NCBI RefSeq assembly: GCF_036321535.1
Contig: NC_087436.1
Coordinates: 98,148,001 to 98,212,000, forward strand
DNA: 64,000 nt
From: Camelus dromedarius
Taxonomy: Eukaryota
Direction of reading: 5' to 3'
Numbering within the stretch: the stretch's first letter is position 1; each line of letters starts with the position of its first letter. The position numbers and the translations under genes were made by a program. The notes below the pieces were generated by a model. The model saw only the letters and a program-made list of their open reading frames with translations, did no database searches and was not told the DNA's origin. Below are positions 49,201 through 61,849 of the stretch, piece after piece.

Positions 49201-52200
49201 TATGATTAAGATTCCTAGTTACTTCCCAATTATTTCAAAAATGATTAACTTTCTATTTTTCATAAACTAAGTTTTGAGGATAAAGAAAGTAATAGAGATG
49301 TCTTTGTTCTTATACCTTTAAAATAAAATCTGGTGTTAAGAGTGCATGCTGTGTATAGTATTAGAAATGACAAGGGGATTTGGATATTTAGGGTAGCTAG
49401 AAATCTATACCTCCTTTCTTACACTTCCTACTTATTGCTAATTGAGGAAAAGGAGCCAGCTGCAGATCACTTCAGTTAATGGTAGTGAAGAAAGTGACTT
49501 GGGGTCAGATTATAGGATTGACAGTGGAGAGGATAGGGAAGTGCATTTCTGGCAGCTAATCCTATGGGCTGATAAGACTGGTTGTGTAATCTAACCGATG
49601 CTTGCCTAGGGAAGAAATATTGAGGAATGGTAGGGCAAGGGGTGAGTGGAGAGGACTGAATCACCAAGAGATGTTTTCTATCTTCTCTGGGTACCCAAAT
49701 CTAAGCAGAGGGGCTTGAATAAACCTTGCCCTTCTCTAGTGTTTCCAGATGAGTATATTATATATATATGCTCATTCTGGAGAGGATTTTTTGAATACAG
49801 GATATAGATCATGAGCCAGAGAAAGATTAAAAGACCTAAAGACCTGTTGTGCCTCAACTGTAAGATATGGAATTAGGTAGCAGTTAGCATCGTATTAAAT
49901 TGTGCACCAAGGCAATAAAAGATGGCTTGGATGAGGTTTTTGATTAGGTGCATAAAAAACAGTATCACTGGATAGGCATCTTTCAGCAATTAAAATATTT
50001 TATTCTCTATGAAAAAAAAAGAACAACCTAAAGAAGTGACATTTTTAGCCAAATCTCCAGAAACAATAGAGCCACCACTAAGCTGTTGAATTATATAAGA
50101 AACTGAGGCGTAGGAAGGAATTATAGGCATTCCACTTCCCTCCCCCCTCACTCATAAAAGTTTTGAAATGTGATAAAAATAAGTGGCCATTAAGGAATAT
50201 TGACCAAAGTTGAAGTAAAAACATTTTAGCAGGGAGCTACAACATTGATTTTATTGAAAACAATAGCCAGTTCTCCTCTTCCCCTGGAGGGGTTTAAAAA
50301 AAATGGAAAAAAAAAAAAAAAAAAACACCCAAAACAGAAAACACAGCCTTAGAAACAGATGAAACCTATGTAGAGTTTTAGGATCTTAATTTTTGAAAAG
50401 TCTTAGGAGTTAATTTAATTCACCTTTCTAACCCATCTCTAAATCCCACTCAATGTCAGTGTATAGAAAACACTATTGCTCAGAGGACACCAATGATCTC
50501 CTCCAGCCAGATTCTTCTCTTTAGTCAATCATGGTGCCTTACATTCCCTTGATTAGTATCATGAGAGCCCTTTCTCTTTGATTCTTTTTGTTTTTTAAAT
50601 TGGGTGAATATTGTAAAGTCCAGGGAGACTAAAGCATTGACTAATTAGCAATAATTTGTTAAACTAGTAATTTTCCATATCACCATAATTTTAAGCTAAA
50701 TCTATTTTTTCAAATTTAATTTCTTAAAGACTTTGCACACTGAAATAAAAACTCTCAATAAAAATGCAGCTATAGTTCATTGGGGAAAGGTAATTTTCAG
50801 AAATTTACTATTTTACATTTTCCAAAAGATCCTGCACTTTGTGTGACACATATTGATTTAATTCATTGTACTGAGAACCTTTGAGAGTATTGCTTTCAAA
50901 ACACTTTCTAAAATATCTGATAATTAGAATGAATCTAATAAAAAGATTAACTAAAATATTATTATATTCCATAGGTGGTTACATTTTAAATCTTTATGCA
51001 TCCTGTATCTTTATTTCTGCAACACAGTTGGTAGGAAGGTTAAATGTTCTGTTCTATAGCATAGTGTAGACATTCTGTTATATGGCTATACAATGTCACC
51101 TAACCAGTTAGAAGCATTCTTCTCTGCAGTTGAATATGAACAAGCCACTCTGTCCATGGGCACAAATTTAAATGGGTACAAACAGTTGCTAATTGATCAA
51201 ATTAGATTTCTTAACTTTTTAAACATAGTGGTTAGGGACTAGTTGGCTAGTTCCAATCTCTTCCTCAGATTTGTCTTGGCTTACACAAAAACTTAATTCA
51301 TTTTTGGTTTAACATAGCGTGAATTGATTTTTTCTTTTAATGAGATGACCTGACTTAGAGCTGACCTTAAATAATTGTTTTTTGGTTTTTGTTTCTTTGT
51401 ATTAAACATAAGGATATTTAGAAGAAAGCTATTACCTCAGCTGTTACATCAATATTCAAGTAGATGAAGAGACAGATTTGGTTGCTTGAGTAAAATGATG
51501 ATTATTTTCAGTAGCAAGAACAAGTTCTTGTATGTTTATATGATTAAAGTACTATTATAATTAAAATATTTAGAGCTTCAGAACCCACTCCTATCCATCT
51601 GAATAAACATATTTTTATTTCTTTAGTATACCATTTGAAGAATCATTTCACAATATGTGGTTTATTTGTCTGATAATGAGTTTACTTTTATTAGCAATAA
51701 TAAAGATGAAAGCGTTGCATTAGTCTGGGATTACCTTTACTCATTAGTAAGAGATCACCTACTCCCTAGGAATTTCTTTATTTTTAACATTAAATTTTTA
51801 CTTCCTAGAGTATGCAGTCATGTTAAAACATTCCAGGAAATTGTTACCATTTACAGTTATATCTTAGGAACATTATTTAATTTTAGATTTATGCCATAAA
51901 GAATGAACCAGAAAAAGGAACCTCAATATTTCATTATGTCTGTGATGTCTATTTACTGGCTGGCTTGGGGGTACTCATTTTTCTCTTTATACAGATCCAT
52001 TTTCATAAACCCTACTATGACGTAATACCTTCTAAAACCTTATAAATTTAGCCTCAATCTCTTTACAGTATTTTTGAAACAAATAGACATGGCCAGTTAA
52101 TCATAGTTTAGTTCATCATTAGCTAAATGGCTCTTTCTAATTTGTCACACTGTCTCTTAGAAATGTTTCCACTTTCAAAGCCTCAATTACTAGCTGTATG

Positions 52201-53246
52201 TTGATCTCCCAGTCTGTGTGTTCAGTTCAGACCTCTGCTTCTAAGGCCTAGACCTCTGTTTTCACCTGTCCCCTGCTCAGACATGAGACCTCCTCATCCA
52301 AATAATGTATTCTTCTATCATGGCGTCCTATTAATTTTCTTCAAAAAAATTCTCCAGGTTCTAGCCATCTATGTTTTTTTTTTTTTTTACTAACTGCTTA
52401 CTATATACCTCATCCACTGACTTTTATAATATCTAATCATGCTTCTTTTACTCATACATTAAAAAAAAAACAGTGCCTAGCATATAATAAATGTTTAATA
52501 GGCATATGCTTTTGAAATTAATTACCTAATGGGTGCACGTTGAATATTCCTGGCATGCACATAAATTTCAGTTTATGATTCTCCCTTTCAGTCTCATAGT
52601 TTTCATTATCATTATTATTATCATTACCATTTTGTTTTGCTTCATTAGCTAATAGCACCGCCATCTGCACAGTCATCCACAACTCATCCATCTCCTTTGT
52701 TCTTAAAATCTAGATGATTATTAAACCCTTCAGCTTCAACCTTCTCAGTCTTCATGACACTTTCTCAGTTGATTCAGTTCTGAGACAGATCATCGCAACA
52801 TTCTTTTAGCTGTTTTTTGTTTTTTGTGTTCTTTGTGTCTTGATCGTTTTTGCCAACAACTCCTACTTCTCTGCAGACTCTTCTTTAATGCTAAGTTGTC
52901 TTTTACCAAGAGATTTGATCTTGTCAACTCTGGGTTAAAGATTGCCACTGTTTCTTCATGACTCAACTTTATGAATACAGTGATCTTGGCCTGTATCTTT
53001 CCACCATTCTGTTGCACATGCTGCCATCTCTAACCTGAAATAATTTTCTTTTTTAAGTCAGTCATGAAAAACATGAATTTTCCCATAAGGTTCAACATAA
53101 GCACCATTATTTCTGTGAACCTTTTCTGATACTCTAAGGGAGGGCTTACTCATGTCTGTTCTCATGTATCCACTGGTGATACTAGTGAATTCTTGGATCA
53201 TTCCGATCAATGTTTAGTGATTGATGAGAGACTAATATTGGTAGCT

Positions 53247-53578
53247 TAGTCTCTGGTCTGAATAAGTGTGTCCCCTCAAAGTTTTTAAGGTTGAAAACCT
53301 AATGCCTGGTGTGATGGTATTAGGAGGTGGGGCTTTGGGAGGTGATGCCCTCCTGAGTAGGACTAATGTCCTTGTAAAAGAAGCCTGAAAGAAACTCCTC
53401 ACCTTTTCCACCACATGAGGACACAGCAAGAAGCTGGCAGTCTGTAGCTGGATAAAGGCCATTATCAGAACCATGATCTTCAACTTCCAGCCTCCAGAAC
53501 TATGAGAAATACATTTCTGTTGTTTTTAAGCCACATAGTCTATGATATTTGTTAATAGTGCTCAAAAGTGCTAAGACA
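53247..53578 (+). mobile_element. MLT1A solo LTR (MaLR), lying among L2 fragments
   Basis: gtgatggtattaggaggtggggctttgggaggtgat; acttccagcctccagaactatgagaaatacatttctgttg; ends ctaagaca. Confidence 0.92.
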
Positions 53579-55352
53579 TTCTCCAACTCAGTTGTGAGTG
53601 CTTTTATATCAGAAGTTGTCTTATTGATCTCTACATCCTTAGTGTCCGCCATAGTACACTTCATGTGCTGGACTTAACTGACATACTGTCCATTAAGTCA
53701 ATAAGTAGAAATGTAGCGTCAAGATCTGTGCTCAGGTTCTGTCCATAACATTAAGGTTTATGAATTTAGGAACATTTTTAAGCCACATTTTATTAATGTG
53801 TAAAAACAGAAATAATAATATGGATAAAAATAATACATGCCCTACTTAATTCATGGACATAGTTCTATGTAAAAGTCATGTAAAATATTCAGATCATTAC
53901 AGTAAAGAACAATAGGCTCATCTTTATTTAAGCTAGCAATTTTATAACTACAAACACAATCCCAGGCAAATGAGTCAGTGGTCATAATCAGGGTCTACAG
54001 GTAAATTAGATCAAAGGAGGTCAAGTTCAAAATGAATTGGAAAGTGTAATTTCCTAGATACAAATATACTAGTTAGATCATTGGTTTCTAGTTTTAAGGA
54101 TGGACATGTTGACATGTGAGTATAAAATGGTGAGTAATTTATTTTACATTAAGACTTCAGCACCTAAAATTTGCTAATATAAGTATTGGATTAACTCTTT
54201 GTCAGAGAAGTAGATCACCAAAGTGAATCTGGATAAATCATGTTATCATTCCTCAATTTCAGTCTAACAGTCCCTAGAGTGGAGTGTATTGTTATAAATG
54301 AACCTAAACCGAAGGAATTCTAAGGCTAGAAATAAAGAGAACATTAAGGTCAGTTATCTAAAGGAGGAAACAATCTCATACACAGCCTTTTTCTTCCCCC
54401 AAAATAAATTTTAATAAAAGGCTACTCTTTCACAAAGTAATATACATACTTTCTTTTATATGCGATTCATTTTGGTTTTATTTTGATAACAATTACTGAA
54501 AACCCTGATTCCCAGAGGTATGTAGTAGAAATGTAGAAATTTAGGGTTCATGTAACTTTCTCTGCTGGACACAGACCTATGTCAAGATAGGACTATCAAG
54601 AATCCTCTAAGACCCTTAGGTGAAGTTGTGTTAGAAAGTCAAGAATTGTTACTCTCCCTTTCATCTAAGTAGAAGGAAACTTGAAAAAGAGTTCTCCTGA
54701 GATTTTTGCTTGTAGAGAAACTGAGAAGTCTTTGTCCTTCTCTTCAAAAATGTGTCTAGTATTTCAGTTTCTGACCTCTCTGGGCATGGTGGCTACTTGT
54801 CCAAAACTACTCTGCTTGTTCTGCAACTTTAAAAATGAAGATTTACTCATTCAACTGGCTAGAAGTAATTACTATTAAATGAGCCAAACTCCCTGATTAA
54901 ATTTCTCTTTGAGATCACTTTGAGGGTTTTCTTTTTCTCTTAAAAAACAAACTTCCCCATGAAGTACAATCAAACACATCTAGACATTCTTTGGAAAACT
55001 AGTGAATCCCTATGTAATCAAAAGGATGCTAACATTTTTCTATTATTTCTTGACAACCCCTTTTGAATAGTTAATGGTCAAGGCCCACACTCTAGTGACG
55101 TTGACAACTTGCATGATTCTGGAATAGTTTTTGCCACCAGTGTATGCACTTGTAGAGAGCATTGATCCATGATGACTTATGAATCTAATTTCTCTACCTG
55201 AGAAAGCAAACCCAGGAGTGTTGCCCAGCATCCTAGGTGCTCCTTATGTACATGGAGTAATACGACTTTTTTCCCAGTGAAATTATGCTTTATCATTTTG
55301 GGAGACATTTCTAACCTTGTAAGTTTCCCAAAGGGTTCAAAAAATAGTCTCC

Positions 55353-55988
55353 TTTTTTTTTTTTTATTAACATATAGTCAGTTTACAATGTTGTGTTAAT
55401 TTCTGGTGTACAGCATAGTGATTCAGTTATATATCTATTTCTTTTCATTTTTTTTCATTTAGACTATTACAATGTATTGAATATAGTTTCCTGTGCTAGG
55501 ACCTTGTTTATCTATTTTATATACAGTAGTTAGTATCTGCAAATCCTGAACTCCCAATTTATCCCTCCACCCCTACCCTCCGCTTTCCCCTCTGGTAACC
55601 GTAAGTTTGTTTTCTATGTCTGTGAGTCTCTGTCTATTTTAAATAAGTTCATTTGTGTCCCTTTATTTAAGATTCCACACGTAAGTGATATCATATGATA
55701 TTTTTTCTTTCTCTTTCTGGCCTGCCTTTACTTAGTATGATCATCTCTAGGTCCATTCCATGTTGCTGCAAATGGCATTATTTTATTCTTTGTATGACTG
55801 AGTAGTGTTCTATTGTACATATATATACACCACAATGTCTTTATCCAGTCATCTGTCAATGGACATTTAGATTGTTTTCATGTCTTAACTATTGTCAGTA
55901 GTGCTGCTATGAACATTGAGTGCATGTTTCTTTTCGAATTAGAGTTCCCTCCAGATATATGCCCAAGAGTGGGATTTCTGGATCATAT
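55353..55988 (-). mobile_element. 5'-truncated younger LINE-1 (camelid/artiodactyl-type 3' UTR)
   Basis: Poly(T) followed by atagtcagtttacaatgttgtgttaatttctggtgtacagcatagtgattcag; same family as 38609-39453. Confidence 0.93.
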
Positions 55989-58264
55989 CACAAGCAATCC
56001 TGAGGCTAAAGTCTTTGTCTATGGAGAAAGGACATGTGTATGCCTTTAGCAAATCAGTCAAAACAAATCTAAGGCTTAGGAAGTTTAGCAAGAAAATCCT
56101 CAAAAGACGAGTGACAATGAGTAACAATTTGAGAAATCATCCAGGAACCATCAGTTATCCAATCAGTGGAAGATTAAGGTAAAGAAGGAAAAAATAGAGG
56201 TCAGCCAGGAAATATGCTTCCAAAAAACAAAATATCAAGTTATCGACTATAAAGCATTAACCTTCTTATAATGGATTTAGAGTAACAAGCTACTAAGAGA
56301 AGCTGTCAAAATAAGTCAGTATTCGGAATAGACTACAGAACAGTGGATTTTATAAGACCATAGTCATGTTTGAGAACAACCGTTAACAAAAAGCCAAAAT
56401 CTTTAAGCATATTATCTTTGTGAAGGACTATAATTCTCAATATATCATAACATTTTATTTTTTTCTAATAAAAAAAAAAATAAGATACAGCAGATGAAAC
56501 AATGACACAACCAATTTTTTGCCAAACCAACTATTCAAGCTGTCTTGATAATTAGAAAATTGGTACAATAAAGTTGATAACTTTGTGCCTTTGAAACTAT
56601 GTAAAACTCTTCTCAAATTTCAGAACCAAGAACAGAAGATAGAAAGTTAGCGTCAAGTTCCACAGACACTGATGGAAATGTGTGGAATGCTATTTCAGAA
56701 AGTACCTATATCACATTACCCACTACTTCAAAGAAGAGAGATCTGAAAATGAGGTTATGGATAGAACGTATCTCACTCTCACAGCACAGTTTTATTTTTA
56801 ACATATTCTAATGACTGCCATTCTCAAAAATGTGTATCACTTCTTTAAACCCTATGAAACCATCTTATCTTGTCAATTGTTTATTCCTTTGTAAATAACT
56901 TTTTTCTGAAGCAAATTTTAAAGTTATTGGCATAGTTAGAAATAGTTTCATTAACTGAAAATTTTACCTGAGAATGAAATACTGAGAGATCTAAATTTTC
57001 CAGAAATAGAGTTGATGTTTATGGCTTAGAAAAGATTTTATTGTCTATTGTTTCGTAGGATTTAAGAACCAAGAAAGACCCTAGAAATCGTCACATCTGA
57101 GCCTGCTAATTCACAGAAGAGGAAAATGATCCTAACATTCACACCTTTGGTTAATGAGAAACTATTCATCTCTCAGTTCATTGCTTTTCCCACCATAGCA
57201 TGTTGACCCACATTTCAGCATTTTTATTAGAACTCAAAGAAGGCATTTCACCTGATGTTAGTAAATCTCAAATCCCGGAGATCACAGAACTACATTTGTT
57301 AGAGTTCTTTGTGATATTTGAGCATTATATATTGGGAATTCTTGGTTTTAAAAAATATTTTCAAGATAATCTTTAAAAACACACTGTAAGCATATTGTGT
57401 ATTACTTGGGTTCTTATTACCAAATACAGGCAAGTGATTTCAGTGCTCCCATTTGTAATTGTGTTTAGTATCATGCAGGTGCCAAGTATTACAAATTTAA
57501 TGTCTTTCATTTGCATAAAATAATAAAAAGACCAGAAATTATTTATTCTGTAACCCACTGCAATTGAATGTTAATTTATGTAATGTTTTCTCAGGTTATT
57601 TGAACAGATAAAAGTTTCATGAGAATTGTATCATTACATTGTAAACCATGGTGAAGTCATGCTGCATTCAAGAGAACATTCTTGAGAATGGAGTCATGTA
57701 GATTTTTGTTCATTGTTGTAATTCTGGGATAGGTCACGATACCTGAACCAATGTGTACATTTCATAAACCATTGCTGATTGATTTAATTAATATGAACAG
57801 GTTTAATAATATTTAAGTAATGTAAACAATGTAATGTCACATTAAATTGGTGTACTAATTTAAATTTAACTGTTAGATTTTTTTGTATATAATTTCTAAA
57901 TTTGTTTCACAGTTGCATAAGGGTAAAAACATAACAAACAAATCTATCTCTATGTTTGCAAATATTTAACATTTTAATTAAAATAATGGAATTCAGCTAG
58001 ACATCTAAAAAATTTAAAAGGCTTTAACGTTATTCCAGATTGAGTAACATCATCCTATGTAATAAAGATCATACAACAACCTTACTCAGAGAAATTAATA
58101 TGTTTGTGTAGGTTTACATGGCCAGTTGTGAACGTAGGAGGGACTTTAGCTCTGATCTCACTTTAGACACATTATTCTTTCTATTAGAGCCTTTGTCTAC
58201 AGGATCAGTAAAGTTTTAACTTTATTCCTGCCTCAGTTATGGCACTTAAATATTATAACAGCTA

Positions 58265-58542
58265 TAGTTGTCCCTCAGTATCTGAAGGGGATTGGTCCCA
58301 GGGGATGCTAAAACCTATGGATACTCCAGCCCCATAGTTGGCCCTCCATATCCACAGGTACAGCATTTGCTGATTCAAGCAACCACAGATGCGGATTGTG
58401 TATTAAGTTTGCAGTCTGTGCAGTTGGTTGAATCTAAGGATGTGAACTCCAAGATATGAAGGGCCAACTGTAGATTTCTTTTAAATATGCCTGTAGAAGT
58501 GGACCTATGCAGGTCAAACCTGTGTTGTTCAAAGGTCAACCA
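58265..58542. mobile_element. TcMar-Tigger MITE (MER8/MER2B-like) flanked by TA
   Basis: agttgtccctcagtatctgaaggggattggtcccagg...gtggacctatgcaggtcaaacctgtgttgttcaaaggtcaac; ta at 58263-58264 and 58543-58544. Confidence 0.85.
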
Positions 58543-59439
58543 TACAGTTGGTTTTTTCAGTGCTTCCATATGTAGTTGTGTTTACTTGTAGTTGTGCTTG
58601 TGCAGGTGATGATTTGAGGCACATATTTGAATACACTTATGTATAGCAGAGAAATAATTAAAATTAACATAAATATATTTTCAATTCATATTTTTCATAT
58701 AATGTTTTTGATGTCATACAAATTTAATTAACTTTTCCTACTGAATTATGTGGTCTCTACTAATTCATTTCTCTACTTCCCTAACAATCATTATTTTTTT
58801 TACGTCATCAGATTTCTTCTTAAGAGAAAAATAGTGATGAAAGAGCAAACAAAACAAAATTACTGAAGCTTACTATTCAAATTACTGTAGCTCTAAACAG
58901 ATGGGCTCTTCGGGTAGAGAACAATTGTTTCAGTACATTTCATCCTTTGTCAACTGGTCCACTTATAAAGTCCTCCTTTGGGAGCTTTTGATTAGGAAAC
59001 TTGGGTTTCTTGTTTCCTTTCTTTTTCATTCATGGTTTCTGTTGTCTTAATCATCACATACTTCCAGAAGTACTTGGGAATCTCTGCTGAGTTTCTGTCT
59101 CCTGGAAATATTCTCTCAATTCCTGGTTTTCCCTCAAGCAGGTTTTTGTTTTTTTGGTTTTTTTGGTTTTTTGGTTTTTGGTTTTCCCTCAAGCAAGTTT
59201 TTGTTTATTGTGGGATCTTCATAAGGACATGTGTTCTGTGGCCAAAATTCCAGACATGAAGGAAGGAGAAAGGAGAAGCAAATAAAAGCCTTAATTTCTG
59301 CCCAGGCAAACATTTTAGCCTGGATCACAATGAGCCTTTAAACTAAAGTCTGAAAAAGTCAGTAAGTCCCTTGATCAACTAATTCATAGGTACCTAAAGA
59401 ATGTGTTACTGCTGTAAGAACTATCAGTGAAAATGTGTT

Positions 59440-59794
59440 ATGTACTTTGAAAGGCAAAACTATGATGAGTGGCTGCCAGAGGTTCAGATAGAAGGGAAGA
59501 AAGGATAAATTCATGGAATACATTGCATTTTTAGGGAAGTGAAACTATTTTGATACTATTATGGCAGATAAATAACATGATTTTTCAAAATCCATAGAAC
59601 TGTACAACACAAAGAGGGAACACTGATGTAAACTGGGGACTTCAGTTAATAATAATCTATCAATATTTGTTGATCAGTTATAAAAAATGTATCATCCTAA
59701 TGTAAGATGTTAATAGTAGAAGGGGGTTGGATGGGGAAGGAGTATATACTTCCTGTAAACCTAAAACTGCTTTGAAAAATAAAGTTTATTAAAA
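59440..59794 (+). mobile_element. LINE-1 (L1MC2-like) 3' UTR
   Basis: caaaatccatagaactgtacaacacaaagag...cttcagttaataataat...ctgtaaacctaaaactgctttgaaaaataaagt. Confidence 0.85.
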
Positions 59795-60859
59795 TTGTGA
59801 TACATTGTCTCAATATTTGAAATAATCATATGCAGAAAAAAATGGACAGTTTGCCAGAACTTTGGGTTAAATAAACTTTACCAAAATTAGAGAAATGTTT
59901 CTAAAACTAGACTTGTTTTGCTCAATAGGTAATAGAGTCATAGATTTCTATTTATTTATTCTACCTACTTATATTCTGTAATTATGTCTTTATTTTCTTG
60001 CCTTTTTTGTAATCAAAATCTGCTTTTAGTTACTGTTGATTTTATCTATGATCTACAAAACTGCTATACGTGGGAAGATATTAGACATTATAATATCAAA
60101 GTTTTATTTTAGGAATATAAATGTGCAATTTATTCAAGAAAATTAACCCCACTGCAAAATGGCAGAAAAATTACTTTTACCATTTAATATAAATATAAGT
60201 CTAGAAGAGAAGACAGAGTCCAAATGACCAAGTAACTCAGAACCACTTTACTATTGGAAGTGTAAAATACTTTTTAACTGAATATAGTTGTACAGAAGAA
60301 AAACGGGATGATCATGGATAAGTCACTGATTGCATTCAGTTGTGAAATAAGCAAAAGAATTTGGCTTTTCCACTTGGAACTTAAGTGTAAAATTGCTTGT
60401 GTGTTAAATTGGTTGAGAAAATAGAGAAAGTAAACTCTAAAATTGAAATTTGATAGATATTCTTCTTTGTATTGAAGTAAGCAGATTTTATCTTTAAGTT
60501 ACTCATTGCCCAGCTTGCTCAATTTTGAGCATTCCTTACCTTACACGTTGAGACTGAAGGAACTTATGAAAATGTAAAATGTTATCGCCAAAATATTAAG
60601 ACCAATTTTGCAAAGATGAGTTATGCTGTGGAAGCAGCACCATGCTTACATAATGAAAAATTCCCCTGGAATCTCACTGTAATATTAGAGATACTATATA
60701 TTGTATATACAGAGGCTTTTGAATAAAAGCAGTGACAGAGTTCCTTAATTGAACATTTTTAACAGAAGACTATTCCTGTGGATCACTTTTAGCATTTCTG
60801 AGTGTCTTTTCCTCAGCATCTGATCAGTGATAGCATGCCATTGTCAGGAAGCTTTCTGA

Positions 60860-61184
60860 GGCCATTGTTGGTACTTCAGACTCATGTTCAGAGATCCCAC
60901 GGTGTGTGAGAATTTATGTTTCCTTTATTCATCCTACAGCCAGTGACTGTTGGTGTAGAATTGTGAAAGCTGACTTGACCTGACTCTAGGATTGATAAAC
61001 CCTAATGGTAGGTTTACACCCTAGGACTCACTGTAGGATTCGATTTCACTGGGTCTTCCTCAGAAATAGCACCCTTGCTTGGCTCTCTCCCACCCCTTGT
61101 CCTGCCTCATGCTCTTCCTTAAGAAGTTACTTGCGTTATGAGTCGTTACTTCAGTGTCTGCTTCTGGGAAACTTTATCTCAGAC
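60860..61184 (+). mobile_element. Old ERVL-class LTR fragment
   Basis: Terminal cttcagtgtctgcttctgggaaactttatctcagaca resembles ERVL LTR ends; subfamily uncertain. Confidence 0.5.
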
Positions 61185-61254
61185 AGTCTCTCATTCTTCC
61201 ATTGTAGATTTTATTGAAGATCCAAAGCCAGAGATATAAAGAGAAACTAGAGGA

Positions 61255-61362
61255 GAGATATAGATAGATGTAAATATATGTATATGTATGAACATATACG
61301 TGTGTAAGTGTATATACATCTGTATAGATATGTCTATATAGATATACAGATGTTTCTATATA
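61255..61362. repeat. Low-complexity (TA/GATA/TATG) simple repeat
   Basis: Direct. Confidence 0.85.
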
Positions 61363-61374
61363 ACTTTTGTTTAA

Positions 61375-61839
61375 CACATTTGCATTAGAAAAATTTTAAA
61401 TTCGTTTTCTGCACCTTTGAGATGTAAATCCTTTAAAAAGCCTCTTGCCACTTTCAAAACCCAGGAATGTCTTTCTTGAGGACCTGGGGAGCCATCCCTT
61501 TGAACTGTAATTGTCAAGGAAGAGAGCACCCTTGTTGCACAATTTCTGTGGGACTGTAGAAGCCTAACTTCTCTGCATGTCTTGCTCCAAGTTGTGAAAC
61601 TACCTTCTGTCTTAAAAGATATGCCACATTTATTTTTCCTTTGGGTAAATCTAGTTAGCAAACAGTGCCCTACCGTCCCCCAGGACTTTTTCATTAGCTC
61701 ACTACAGTGCTTAAAAATCCTTCTTGCTCTTTATTTCAATAAAGTGTTCAGACTCAAATAATGATCTCTTTCTTCTATTGCAATAGCCTTGAATAGTCAT
61801 CTTTGCCTGTTTAACTTTGGTACAAGTTTTGCTATAACA
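61375..61839 (+). mobile_element. ERV1 solo LTR (MER34 family-like)
   Basis: ctttgagatgtaaatc, acccaggaatgtctttcttgaggacctgggga, ctattgcaatagccttgaata; ends ataaca. Confidence 0.85.
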
Positions 61840-61849
61840 ATGATAAGAA

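Noticed and set aside
55043..55231. Minus-strand acceptor (tttgctttctcag) and a WINALYKC peptide reminiscent of a PH-domain end
   Set aside because: That frame has stops between the acceptor and the motif, and no donor was found; the resemblance is superficial.
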